Shown here piece after piece: positions 39,523-48,405 of a DNA stretch of 64,000 nucleotides; position 1 is the first letter of the stretch, and each line of letters begins with the position of its first letter. The notes under the pieces were generated by a model. The model made no database searches. It worked only from the letters and a program-made list of their open reading frames with translations, and was not told the origin of the DNA. Origin of the DNA: Patescibacteria group bacterium (GTDB lineage Bacteria; Bacteroidota; Ignavibacteria; Kapaibacteriales; Kapaibacteriaceae). The position numbers and the translations under genes are program-made. The stretch is taken from NCBI GenBank assembly GCA_044238605.1, contig JBIICY010000006.1, positions 12,551 through 76,550 of the forward strand, written 5' to 3'.

Positions 39523-40295
39523 GCGTTCTTCTTGCTGCAATTGCAATCGCTATTGGTGTATCCCTAGGGTTGTTAGGTGCTGGAGGAGCAATTGTGGCGG
39601 TGCCAGCGTTCGTATACATTGGCGGTGTCAGCGTTAATCTGGCAGATGGTTATGCCTTGTTCGTTGTCGCTGTTTCGTCGTTCATTGCCGTTGTGCTGCA
39701 AGCAAGGAGTCGACTGGTAGATTGGAAAACGATCTCATGGTTCGGGCCCTCCACGATTGTATCGCTGATACTCACGCGACGCCACCTGAACGATCATGTG
39801 AATGACCAGATTCAGATGCTCTTGTTTGGGCTATTGCTTTTAGCAGCGGCAAGTGCAATGCTTCGAAGGAAACCAGAGGATCAAGCAACAGTTGTTTCGC
39901 CCAAGCCATTACTACTCAGTGCCTACGGTCTTTTGATCGGGATGATCGGCGGCCTACTTGGTGTAGGAGGTGGTTTTCTCATGACGCCCGCACTGGTGCT
40001 ATGGGCGGGTCTGGATATGAAGCGTGCCGTAGCATCTTCGCTGGTGCTGATATGCGTAAACTCATCTACTGGAGTTGCAGTAGATCTTACGAGAGGGGTG
40101 CATTACGACTGGGGTTTTGTGCTAACATTTACAGGACTCGCCACTGCAGGTATCATCGTTGGCACAATTCTCTCGCACCGAATCAACAGCAAGTACCTCC
40201 GCGCCAGCTTTGGCTGGCTGGTGCTTGCAATTGGGCTAACTGTTTTAGCGATAGAGCTCGTTAGTCTCTACTCTTCTTACGGAACACAAAGCTGA
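39507..40295 (+). CDS. TauE/SafE-family sulfite/anion exporter membrane protein
   Basis: 262 aa, polytopic. It has two repeated halves with GxGGG motifs (LGAGGAIVAVP; LGVGGGFLMTPAL). Confidence 0.75.
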   Translation: MGQAMSVLLAAIAIAIGVSLGLLGAGGAIVAVPAFVYIGGVSVNLADGYALFVVAVSSFIAVVLQARSRLVDWKTISWFGPSTIVSLILTRRHLNDHVNDQIQMLLFGLLLLAAASAMLRRKPEDQATVVSPKPLLLSAYGLLIGMIGGLLGVGGGFLMTPALVLWAGLDMKRAVASSLVLICVNSSTGVAVDLTRGVHYDWGFVLTFTGLATAGIIVGTILSHRINSKYLRASFGWLVLAIGLTVLAIELVSLYSSYGTQS

Positions 40296-41568
40296 TCGGC
40301 ACGCCTTCGAAGTCGTGCAGCTTGCGAAGCTGACGCTCGATAAAGCGCTTGTAGGCATCCGGCAGCAGCTCCGGGAAATTCAAGAAGAATGCAAACAATG
40401 GCGGCTCGGTCTTTACCTGCGTAACGTAGTTGATACGCAAGTCGCGCGCTTTCACACTTGGAGGGGGCGTGCGCTCCAACATCTCAATCAGTTCCTGGTT
40501 GAGTTCGTGTGTAGGAATTCTTACGCATCTGCGCGCTTGAATTGCCTTGGCCATTTCGATGACCTTTGTGATACGCTGCTTGGTGAGTGCTGATATTGTA
40601 ACGATCGGTACATAATCCAGCGTAGGAAGTTCTTCCTTGATCTTCTTCACGAAGGCATCAGCCGTCTTGGTATCCTTCTCGATTAGATCCCACTTGTTAA
40701 GCGCAATGATCAGCCCCTTGCGTGCAACTTCTGCATCAGCAATGATGCGCTTATCCTGTGCCTCGAGTCCCTGTGTGGCATCCACAACGATGATCGTTAC
40801 ATCCGAGCGATCGATAGCGCGAGCTGTGCGCATGGTGCTGTAGAGCTCAACGCTTTCTGAGATGTTGCTGCGCCTGCGCAAGCCGGCGGTGTCGATCAGG
40901 ACGATCTGCTCTCCGTAGTAGGTCAGGATACTGTCGATTGCATCTCTCGTTGTTCCTGCAATTGGAGTAACAACCATACGATCCTTACCAAGCAGCGCAT
41001 TGGTCAGCGAGCTTTTACCCACGTTAGGCCTACCAACAATCGCAATCTTGAGGCGCGTATCTTCATCATCGTTTTCGTCTTCCAGTCCTGCAATGACTGC
41101 ATCCAGGAAGTCGCCCGTGGAGCGTCCGTTGAGCGCAGAAATCGCGAACGGCTCACCCAACCCAAGGGCATAGAACTCAGCGGCATGCAGATCGGCGGCT
41201 GCGTTGTCGCACTTGTTCACGACCAGCACAATTGGCTTTGACGATGTTCTGAGCAACGTAGCGATGTCTGCATCGACAGGAGTTACGCCGTCCCTACCGT
41301 CTACGGCGAATACGATAACATCGGCCTCTTCGATGGCTAGCATTGCCTGTTCGCGTATGGCTTTGTCAAAGACATCGTCGCTTTGCGGCACAATACCACC
41401 AGTATCAACGATCTGGAAGTGCTTGCCAGCCCACTCGGCCTTTGCATAGAGTCTGTCCCGAGTTACACCGGGCTGCCCTTCCACGATAGCGTGGCGCTCC
41501 TCGATGATACGATTGAACAGAGTGGATTTGCCAACGTTTGGTCGGCCGACGATTGCTACAAGACCCAT
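40261..41568 (-). CDS. der: Ribosome-associated GTPase Der (EngA)
   Basis: 435 aa. It has two tandem GTPase domains (GRPNVGKS appears twice) and a C-terminal KH-like domain. Confidence 0.9.
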   Translation of the reverse strand: MGLVAIVGRPNVGKSTLFNRIIEERHAIVEGQPGVTRDRLYAKAEWAGKHFQIVDTGGIVPQSDDVFDKAIREQAMLAIEEADVIVFAVDGRDGVTPVDADIATLLRTSSKPIVLVVNKCDNAAADLHAAEFYALGLGEPFAISALNGRSTGDFLDAVIAGLEDENDDEDTRLKIAIVGRPNVGKSSLTNALLGKDRMVVTPIAGTTRDAIDSILTYYGEQIVLIDTAGLRRRSNISESVELYSTMRTARAIDRSDVTIIVVDATQGLEAQDKRIIADAEVARKGLIIALNKWDLIEKDTKTADAFVKKIKEELPTLDYVPIVTISALTKQRITKVIEMAKAIQARRCVRIPTHELNQELIEMLERTPPPSVKARDLRINYVTQVKTEPPLFAFFLNFPELLPDAYKRFIERQLRKLHDFEGVPISFVFRKKSRD

Positions 41569-41588
41569 AGTATGGGCAAAGCTACGGC

Positions 41589-42563
41589 TTATACGCTCTT
41601 GATGAGCTCTTGAATGATCTTATCTGTTGTTACGCCTTCTGCTTCAGCCGTAAAGTTCGTAACAATACGGTGCCTTAGCACGCTCAGCGCAACCGCGTGA
41701 ACATCCTCAATGCTCGGCGTAAATCGTCCGTGCAACGCCGCTCTGCTCTTGGCTCCCAGCACAAGGTACTGTGATGCACGCGGACCAGCGCCATAGCTGA
41801 TGTAGTTCTTCACCATTGCAACAGATGTGTGCGCTGGACGTGTAGCACGTACCATCTTTACTGCATACTCGATCACATTATCGGCCACTGGTACACGACG
41901 AACGAGATCTTGATACGTGATAATGTCTTGCGCTGTGATCACTTTCTGCACCTTCGACGAAGAGCCACCGGTGGTGGACCTCACAACACTTACCTCTTCA
42001 TCGTATGAGGGATAATCAAGCAGAAGGTTGAACATAAACCGGTCCAACTGCGCTTCGGGCAACGGATAGGTACCTTCCTGCTCGATAGGGTTTTGCGTAG
42101 CGAGCACAAAGAAGGGTTCTGATAGCTGATAGGTGGTTCCTGAAGCCGTTACACTGTGCTCCTGCATGGCTTCGAGAAGTGCAGCTTGCGTCTTAGGGGG
42201 CGTCCGGTTGATTTCGTCTGCCAGTACGATGTTGGCAAACACTGGCCCCTTAACAAATCGAAAGGTTTTTTGTCCAGTTGTAAGATTATCCTCGATCACT
42301 TCCGTACCTGTGATATCACCTGGCATAAGGTCTGGGGTGAACTGTACACGGGAATAGGAAAGGTCCATCGATTCGGACAGCGTCCGGATAAGCAACGTCT
42401 TTGCAAGACCCGGCACGCCTACAAGCAGGCAGTGTCCTTTGGCAAAGAGTGAAATCAGCAGCTGATCTACAACGTCAGCTTGACCAACGATGACTTTGCC
42501 GATCTCCTGCTTGATCGAGGAGATATTTTCAGAAAGCTTGCCAACAAGTGCGGTATCCGACAT
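41589..42563 (-). CDS. MoxR-family AAA+ ATPase
   Basis: 324 aa. The Walker A motif is GVPGLAKT. …ADEINRTPPKTQAALLEAMQE… is characteristic of MoxR. Confidence 0.85.
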   Translation of the reverse strand: MSDTALVGKLSENISSIKQEIGKVIVGQADVVDQLLISLFAKGHCLLVGVPGLAKTLLIRTLSESMDLSYSRVQFTPDLMPGDITGTEVIEDNLTTGQKTFRFVKGPVFANIVLADEINRTPPKTQAALLEAMQEHSVTASGTTYQLSEPFFVLATQNPIEQEGTYPLPEAQLDRFMFNLLLDYPSYDEEVSVVRSTTGGSSSKVQKVITAQDIITYQDLVRRVPVADNVIEYAVKMVRATRPAHTSVAMVKNYISYGAGPRASQYLVLGAKSRAALHGRFTPSIEDVHAVALSVLRHRIVTNFTAEAEGVTTDKIIQELIKSV

Positions 42564-42579
42564 AGGTAGTGCTTATGGT

Positions 42580-43737
42580 CTAATGTTTGAAGTGAAGAGC
42601 ATGGGCCCGTTTGACCTCCTGCAGTAGTCGAATCACATGGTCTTCTGTTGTAGTACGCCCAAAGGAAAATCGCAGCGAGCTGTCTGCCTGCAGCTCACTA
42701 AGTCCCATTGTCAGAAGCACCATCGAAGCCATAGACTTGGATGTAGAACATGCGCTGCCCTTGCTACATGCCACATGTTTCATTTCGCGCATGAGCTCGA
42801 CAACATCTACATTGTTGAACGTAATGTTGCTGATGTTGTAGTTCCTGCACGCTCCTGCTCCATTAACCTGCGTGCCAGGTAGTTCGAGCACACCCTGTTC
42901 AAATCGTTCGCGTAGCTCATTCAGACGCCTCGTTTCAGATTCGCAAGACTCAAGAGCGATCTCGCCAGCGACTGCAAGTCCAACAATTCCGGGAACATTG
43001 AGCGTTCCGCTGCGGAAGCCAAATTCTTGTCCTCCGCCACGAATCATGGGCTCGATAGGACAGAGAAACTCTTTTCTTGAACGAATGTAAAGTGCGCCTA
43101 CACCCTTCGGACCGTAGATCTTATGTCCGGAAAGCGTAAGGATATCAATTCCCAACGCATCGACGTCCAACGGCAACTTACCATAGGCCTGCGTTGCATC
43201 TGTCATGAACAACGCACCATGTCGATGCGCGATCTCAGAGATCGCCCGCAGGTCTTGCACAACACCAGTCTCGTTGTTTACAGCCATCACAGCAACCATA
43301 ATGGTGTCGCTCGAAACGCTTGCCCGTGCTGCGTCTATATCAAGCACTCCGTCTGCATTCACCGGCAAATAGAGAACGTTGCACCCTAGTTGCCTGCAAT
43401 ATTCAGCTGCTTCGCGAACTGCCGGATGCTCGGTTTTCACGGTAACGATCGTTCGTCTGCCCGAGCCCCCTTCCGCAACAGCGGCGCGGGCAGCGCCAAT
43501 AATGGCAAGGTTGATGCCTTCGGTCGAACCAGACGTGAAGACGATCTCTGTCATCACCCCGCCGATATGGCGGGCAATGTCCATACGTGCCTTCATCACA
43601 GCTCGCTGGGCGGATTGCCCCCCAACGTGTGTGCTTGCGGCATTGTAGAATGAATCTGTAAAGTACGGCATCATTGCCTCGAGAACGCGAGGGTCTGTAG
43701 GCGTGGTTGCCGCGTAATCTGCGTAGATCAGTTCCAT
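42580..43737 (-). CDS. Cysteine desulfurase (IscS/NifS family, class V aminotransferase)
   Basis: 385 aa. The PLP-lysine region (SGHKIYGPKGVGALYIR) and the catalytic cysteine loop (…VACSKGSACSTSK) are present. Confidence 0.85.
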   Translation of the reverse strand: MELIYADYAATTPTDPRVLEAMMPYFTDSFYNAASTHVGGQSAQRAVMKARMDIARHIGGVMTEIVFTSGSTEGINLAIIGAARAAVAEGGSGRRTIVTVKTEHPAVREAAEYCRQLGCNVLYLPVNADGVLDIDAARASVSSDTIMVAVMAVNNETGVVQDLRAISEIAHRHGALFMTDATQAYGKLPLDVDALGIDILTLSGHKIYGPKGVGALYIRSRKEFLCPIEPMIRGGGQEFGFRSGTLNVPGIVGLAVAGEIALESCESETRRLNELRERFEQGVLELPGTQVNGAGACRNYNISNITFNNVDVVELMREMKHVACSKGSACSTSKSMASMVLLTMGLSELQADSSLRFSFGRTTTEDHVIRLLQEVKRAHALHFKH

Positions 43738-43740
43738 GAG

Positions 43741-45066
43741 TTACGAAGATACGAGTCCGTATAGGATGACGGTTATCAAAGCTGCAGTAAGTGGAAGCGC
43801 AACAACCTTGATAAGCTCTCGTGGCTCCACTGCTGCGAGATCGCTTACAAAATACCCTACTGCAGAAACCGGCGACATGGTCCGTCCGATGTTTGCACCC
43901 ATCGATGCTGCTGCCCCGAGGATTACGGCTAGTGCGGTTTGCCCCGACTGAACAAATGTTGGCAGCACGGCCTGCGAAAACGATACGGCCGGGGCTGTGC
44001 CTGAACCACTCATCAATGCTAAGAACCAAGTTACTATCGGACTAGCCACGGCGGCAAGCTGTGGGTCGTGCAGTAAGAGTCGTGACACGGCGTTGATCAC
44101 CCCTACTGCCTGCATTCCAGCGAGAAAGCACGAAGCCGCGATGATAATGGAAATGACTTTTGCTAAGCCGTACCCCATCCCATCAAAAAACTCTGAGGTA
44201 AGTCTCGTAAGATGACTTGCCAGACTCGTGTGGCGCGAGTATCCTACAAACATTGCTAGGAACGTCGCTGCAAACATTATGCTGTAGACAGGTATGCCCT
44301 CGGGATACACCGCGTTCAGTTGCGGAAACAGGTTCAGGCTTGGCTGCATGATAAACAGCACAACTACTGGCAATGGCGCAAGAATCGCCATCATAACTCG
44401 CCGAGGCGTTATCACTGTTGAATCTTCAAGCTTCGATGAATCAGCATCTGCTTTGCTGCGATGGGGCTCTCGATTAAGCATAAACGTCAGTATCACAACA
44501 GCGACAATAAGAGCAAGAACGGACGGCATCAATAGTGCTGTGATGATAGCTTCTGCCGGCGCGCCTGTCGCGATTCGCACTGCTACGATGTCTGCATCAC
44601 CCGGGTTCAAAAGATTACCGCCGATACTGCAGCCCAGCAGAAGGGTTGCCCCTGCAGCAACACGAGAATATCCTGCTGCAAACAGTAGGGGCAGAAGAAT
44701 AGGCCCTACAGCTGCTGCCGTTGCTGTTTGACTCGGCATGGCGATGTTCGTCAGGAAGCCAATTGCACATCCTCCTGGAATCAGAAGCCAGCGTGCATGT
44801 CGGATTGGACGCGACAGCAGCGCAACAAGTTCTTTATCAGCCCCGATCGCCCGGAGTACAAACACATACCCCATGGCACTGCAAATCGGACCAGTGATTT
44901 CTTCGTTACCTAATGTGTTGCCAACCACGTCAATAATTGCAAGGGGCGCTCCAGCAATCACAGTAAGTAGTATTCCAGCGAGCATCAGAACAAGCCGTAC
45001 ATCATACCCTTTGCGGATGGCTGCTAGCACACCGATGATCACAAGGCAGGCAACGAGGATCGTCAT
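43741..45066 (-). CDS. Anaerobic C4-dicarboxylate transporter DcuC-family membrane protein (putative)
   Basis: Polytopic. The N-terminal layout (…AAIRKGYDVRLVL…) resembles DcuC. The start is taken at MTILVAC, where ATGA overlaps the upstream stop. Confidence 0.55.
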   Translation of the reverse strand: MTILVACLVIIGVLAAIRKGYDVRLVLMLAGILLTVIAGAPLAIIDVVGNTLGNEEITGPICSAMGYVFVLRAIGADKELVALLSRPIRHARWLLIPGGCAIGFLTNIAMPSQTATAAAVGPILLPLLFAAGYSRVAAGATLLLGCSIGGNLLNPGDADIVAVRIATGAPAEAIITALLMPSVLALIVAVVILTFMLNREPHRSKADADSSKLEDSTVITPRRVMMAILAPLPVVVLFIMQPSLNLFPQLNAVYPEGIPVYSIMFAATFLAMFVGYSRHTSLASHLTRLTSEFFDGMGYGLAKVISIIIAASCFLAGMQAVGVINAVSRLLLHDPQLAAVASPIVTWFLALMSGSGTAPAVSFSQAVLPTFVQSGQTALAVILGAAASMGANIGRTMSPVSAVGYFVSDLAAVEPRELIKVVALPLTAALITVILYGLVSS

Positions 45067-46400
45067 GCATACCCCTCTGGAGTCCATGTTTCTATTGATC
45101 CCGCATACGGCTTTAATGCAGACTCGATAACTGACCCAACACCGCTGATACCTACTATCCAGTCCTTTGTTGTGAAGTACTGCTGCTGCACATGCGCCAC
45201 TGAATCTGGCGTCAAGGTTTGAATTGTCTCAATGTGCTTGTCGAAGTAGTCAAACGGCAGGTGATACTGCACCAATGTGTATACAAGGGAAGCAGTCTGC
45301 TGTGGTGTCTCGCAGCTTCTCGCGAATGAGCCCAGAATCTGCTGACGTGCATTCTCGAACTCCTCGTCATCAATACGTTTTGAAGAGATCTGCTGAACTT
45401 CATCAGCGATAGTTGCTAGCGTATCGGCTGTAAACTCGTTTCCTACACTTGTTACGATGGTTGAAGTAGCACTTAGCGGACGCACTGTTGGAAAGGCATA
45501 CGCGCCGTAGGTATAACCTTTTTCTTCGCGCAGCACGGTAAACAGACGAGCAAGGGTGTACCCTCCCAAAACGTTTGCGACAACCTGAAGTGCCGGATAA
45601 TCGGGACTGCCGTATCCAATACCGGGCATCGTGATGCGAAATGCCGTTTGTACGGCGTCTTCTTTGGGGGCCATGATGCCCCATCCAGGAGTGCTAACAA
45701 CAGCATCAACTATTGTAGACGCCTTAGGTGTGTGCAGGCCATGCAGAGCAGCTGAGAGCTTCTGCACTACCGTTTCTGCCTCCACTGGTCCAGCAACAAT
45801 AACGTACCTGTCCGCTGAACACATCCGGTCGTGTGCGCGCTGCAGATCGGCCCGCGTAAGTGTCTTGAGTGTTGCTGGCGTTCCGTTTTTGGGCCGTGCA
45901 TATGGATGATTGTAAAACGTTCTGCTCGCACATGCCCTGCCGGCGAGCCATTCAACGTCAACAAGCTCTACCAGCATATCAGCAATCGTCTTCTGACGCA
46001 GTTTATCAAGTTCTGCTTCGTCAAATCTTGGCTGCAGCAGAGCGCTAGCAGCAAACCCAACAAGATCATCGAACCACTCGGCAAGTCCGCTTGCATGGAT
46101 CGTGCAGGCATCGCTGTCTGCGGCAGCTCGGAGCGAGCAGCCCCTTCGTTCGACTTCTTCGGCAAATGCCGCAGCATCAAGGCTTGTTGTACCTCGATTC
46201 AGCATCTGTGCGGTAATTGATGTTACTCCCGGGACCTCGTCGTGGATGGAGCCGGTACGCATAGCGATCGAGATCGTTACGAGATCTTTATTCGCAGCTG
46301 GCACGATGAAAACTGGCGTGCCATCTGGCAGCGCAGCCTTCACAATGTGCGGGAGAGTGAAGTGAAGTGGCTTGATCGATAATGGGGGGGCAGTTTGCAT
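45063..46400 (-). CDS. M16 (insulinase/pitrilysin) family peptidase-like protein
   Basis: 445 aa with the two-domain M16 fold. No HxxEH zinc motif is visible, so it may be a non-catalytic subunit. Confidence 0.6.
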   Translation of the reverse strand: MQTAPPLSIKPLHFTLPHIVKAALPDGTPVFIVPAANKDLVTISIAMRTGSIHDEVPGVTSITAQMLNRGTTSLDAAAFAEEVERRGCSLRAAADSDACTIHASGLAEWFDDLVGFAASALLQPRFDEAELDKLRQKTIADMLVELVDVEWLAGRACASRTFYNHPYARPKNGTPATLKTLTRADLQRAHDRMCSADRYVIVAGPVEAETVVQKLSAALHGLHTPKASTIVDAVVSTPGWGIMAPKEDAVQTAFRITMPGIGYGSPDYPALQVVANVLGGYTLARLFTVLREEKGYTYGAYAFPTVRPLSATSTIVTSVGNEFTADTLATIADEVQQISSKRIDDEEFENARQQILGSFARSCETPQQTASLVYTLVQYHLPFDYFDKHIETIQTLTPDSVAHVQQQYFTTKDWIVGISGVGSVIESALKPYAGSIETWTPEGYA

Positions 46401-46417
46401 TTGGTAAATTTAGGACA

Positions 46418-47182
46418 ATGAAACCTACACACGTTGTTATTACCGGAGCCTCATCCGGTATCGGTAAGGCCTGCGCCGAACTTTTTGCCCAGCAGGGGGC
46501 TCACCTGGTGCTATGGGCCCGCCGCTCGGAAAGGCTTGATGAGCTTGCTGAACGGCTCAAGGTGGAATACGGCATCAGCGTAATCACGCAAGGTGTGGAT
46601 GTCCGAGATCATGATGCTGTTCGGGCGGCCGTCTCGGAGCTTCCAGCAGAATACCGTGCGCCAGATGTGCTGGTAAACAATGCGGGACTATCACGCGGAC
46701 TTCACCCGTTTCATGAAGGCGAGTCTCAGGACTGGGAAGAGATGATCGATACCAATATCAAGGGCCTGCTCTACGTTACACGTGCCTTTCTTCCGTCGAT
46801 GGTGGATGCCAGCAAGGGGCTCATAGTAAACATTGCCTCCATTGCCGGACGCCAAGCATACCGTGGGGGGAATGTCTACGGTGCTACGAAGGCTGCCGTA
46901 AAGTTGTTTTCCGATTCGTTGCAGATCGACCTCAACGGAACCGGTGTGCGCGTCTGTAACATCGACCCCGGCCTTGTAGAGACAGAGTTCTCTGAGGTGC
47001 GTTTCCGGGGAGACACATCTCGCGCAGAGACAGTGTACAAGGGCTACCAGCCCCTTACCGGACACGATGTTGCTGAATGTGTTCTCTTTGCGGCAACACG
47101 TCCGCCGCATGTAAGTATCCAGGACATTCTCATTACCCCCACGGCCCAGGCCACAGTGTCAATTGTTGACAAGAAACTCTAA
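46418..47182 (+). CDS. Short-chain dehydrogenase/reductase (YdfG-like, NADP-dependent)
   Basis: TGASSGIGKA is the Rossmann motif and YGATKAAV supplies the catalytic Tyr/Lys. The start is set at MKPTHVVITG to avoid overlapping the divergent M16 gene. Confidence 0.85.
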   Translation: MKPTHVVITGASSGIGKACAELFAQQGAHLVLWARRSERLDELAERLKVEYGISVITQGVDVRDHDAVRAAVSELPAEYRAPDVLVNNAGLSRGLHPFHEGESQDWEEMIDTNIKGLLYVTRAFLPSMVDASKGLIVNIASIAGRQAYRGGNVYGATKAAVKLFSDSLQIDLNGTGVRVCNIDPGLVETEFSEVRFRGDTSRAETVYKGYQPLTGHDVAECVLFAATRPPHVSIQDILITPTAQATVSIVDKKL

Positions 47183-47185
47183 CCA

Positions 47186-47455
47186 ATGGAAACCGTACAA
47201 TTTTTAGTCTCGGGCCAGGTACAAGGCGTGGGCTTCCGCCGTTTTGCCCTGCATCATGCTCACCGCCTTGACTTACGAGGCTTTGCAACGAATCTTGAGG
47301 ATGGAGATGTTGAGTGCGTAGCTCAGGGAACTGTAACGTCTCTTACGGAATTTGAAATGCTTATGCGCCAAGGCCCACAATTCGCCGCTGTTACATCCGT
47401 TACCTGCACCGAACTCACTAACACACGGATTTACAAAACCTTCCGCATTCTGTGA
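47186..47455 (+). CDS. Acylphosphatase
   Basis: 89 aa; VSGQVQGVGFR is the acylphosphatase signature. Confidence 0.85.
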   Translation: METVQFLVSGQVQGVGFRRFALHHAHRLDLRGFATNLEDGDVECVAQGTVTSLTEFEMLMRQGPQFAAVTSVTCTELTNTRIYKTFRIL

Positions 47456-47519
47456 TTACAGTAATTACGGTAATTCTGTATTTCTGTCATTCGTCATTCG
47501 TCATTCGTCATTCGTCATC
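47456..47519. repeat. Heptanucleotide tandem-repeat array (GTAATTA/GTAATTC/… followed by (GTCATTC)x4 and GTCATC) that fills the whole acylphosphatase-SDR spacer
   Basis: Read directly from the sequence. The repeat ends at the ATG at 47520. It carries the same GTCATTC unit as the 7543-7620 array, in the same orientation relative to the downstream gene. Confidence 0.8.
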
Positions 47520-48401
47520 ATGAACATAACCCCTTCCTCCGTTGTCGTTGTAACCGGCGCATCGTCCGGTCTTGGTGTTGAACTTGCCTACGAAGCTGCC
47601 CGCCGCGGCGCCTGTGTTGTGCTGGTAGCCCGCAGGGCGGACCGTCTAACCGACGTGGCCCAGCGCGTTACCGAGCTTGGCGGCAAACCAGAGGTCATCG
47701 TTGCCGATGTTTCCCAAGAAGCAGAATGCTATCGGGTAATCGATACCACGTTGTCTGCACACGGGCGTCTAGACGTGCTGTTCAACAATGCGGGACGGGG
47801 CAACATGGCCCGTGTGGAAGACACTTCCACCGAGCAGTGGCGTTCCATGTTTGCTGTAAATGTAGACTCGATCTTCTGGCTCACTGCCCGTGCGCTTCCT
47901 TCAATGCGCGCACGTAATGCAGGGCACATCGTGGCCATCTCGAGTGTTGCCGGACGCTACGGTCACCCACTGAATGCCGCCTATGTTGCCGCGAAGCACG
48001 CCGTAGTAGGCTTCATCGCTGCGCTTCGCACAGAACTTGTAGGTACAAACATCCACGCAACAACCATATGCCCTGCAGGCATCGTCACCGAATGGGCAGA
48101 TGCCACCGAAGGGGGCTCTATCGGAGCGATGTACGGCGCAGCAATTCCACGTTCACGGGTGATTGCTCGGGAAAACGGTATGCCCACAGCGCCCCTTTCA
48201 CGCATGATGTCTGCAAAGGAATGTTCGGACATTATCTGGCAGGCAGTAGATGCTGGACGCAGCGATGACGTGTACACGCATTCCGGAACACGAGAGCTTG
48301 CCGTGCTAAGCACCCAGAACAGACTTGAGCAGGAAGATAAGTTTGAAGCACTCTGGATTGCCATGAATCAAACCTACGAAGAGCATCAAGCTTCAAAGTA
48401 G
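47520..48401 (+). CDS. Short-chain dehydrogenase/reductase
   Basis: The start is at MNITPSSVVVVTGASSGLG. The upstream part of the ORF is just the translated repeat. YVAAKHAV supplies the catalytic residues. Confidence 0.85.
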   Translation: MNITPSSVVVVTGASSGLGVELAYEAARRGACVVLVARRADRLTDVAQRVTELGGKPEVIVADVSQEAECYRVIDTTLSAHGRLDVLFNNAGRGNMARVEDTSTEQWRSMFAVNVDSIFWLTARALPSMRARNAGHIVAISSVAGRYGHPLNAAYVAAKHAVVGFIAALRTELVGTNIHATTICPAGIVTEWADATEGGSIGAMYGAAIPRSRVIARENGMPTAPLSRMMSAKECSDIIWQAVDAGRSDDVYTHSGTRELAVLSTQNRLEQEDKFEALWIAMNQTYEEHQASK

Positions 48402-48405
48402 CCTG

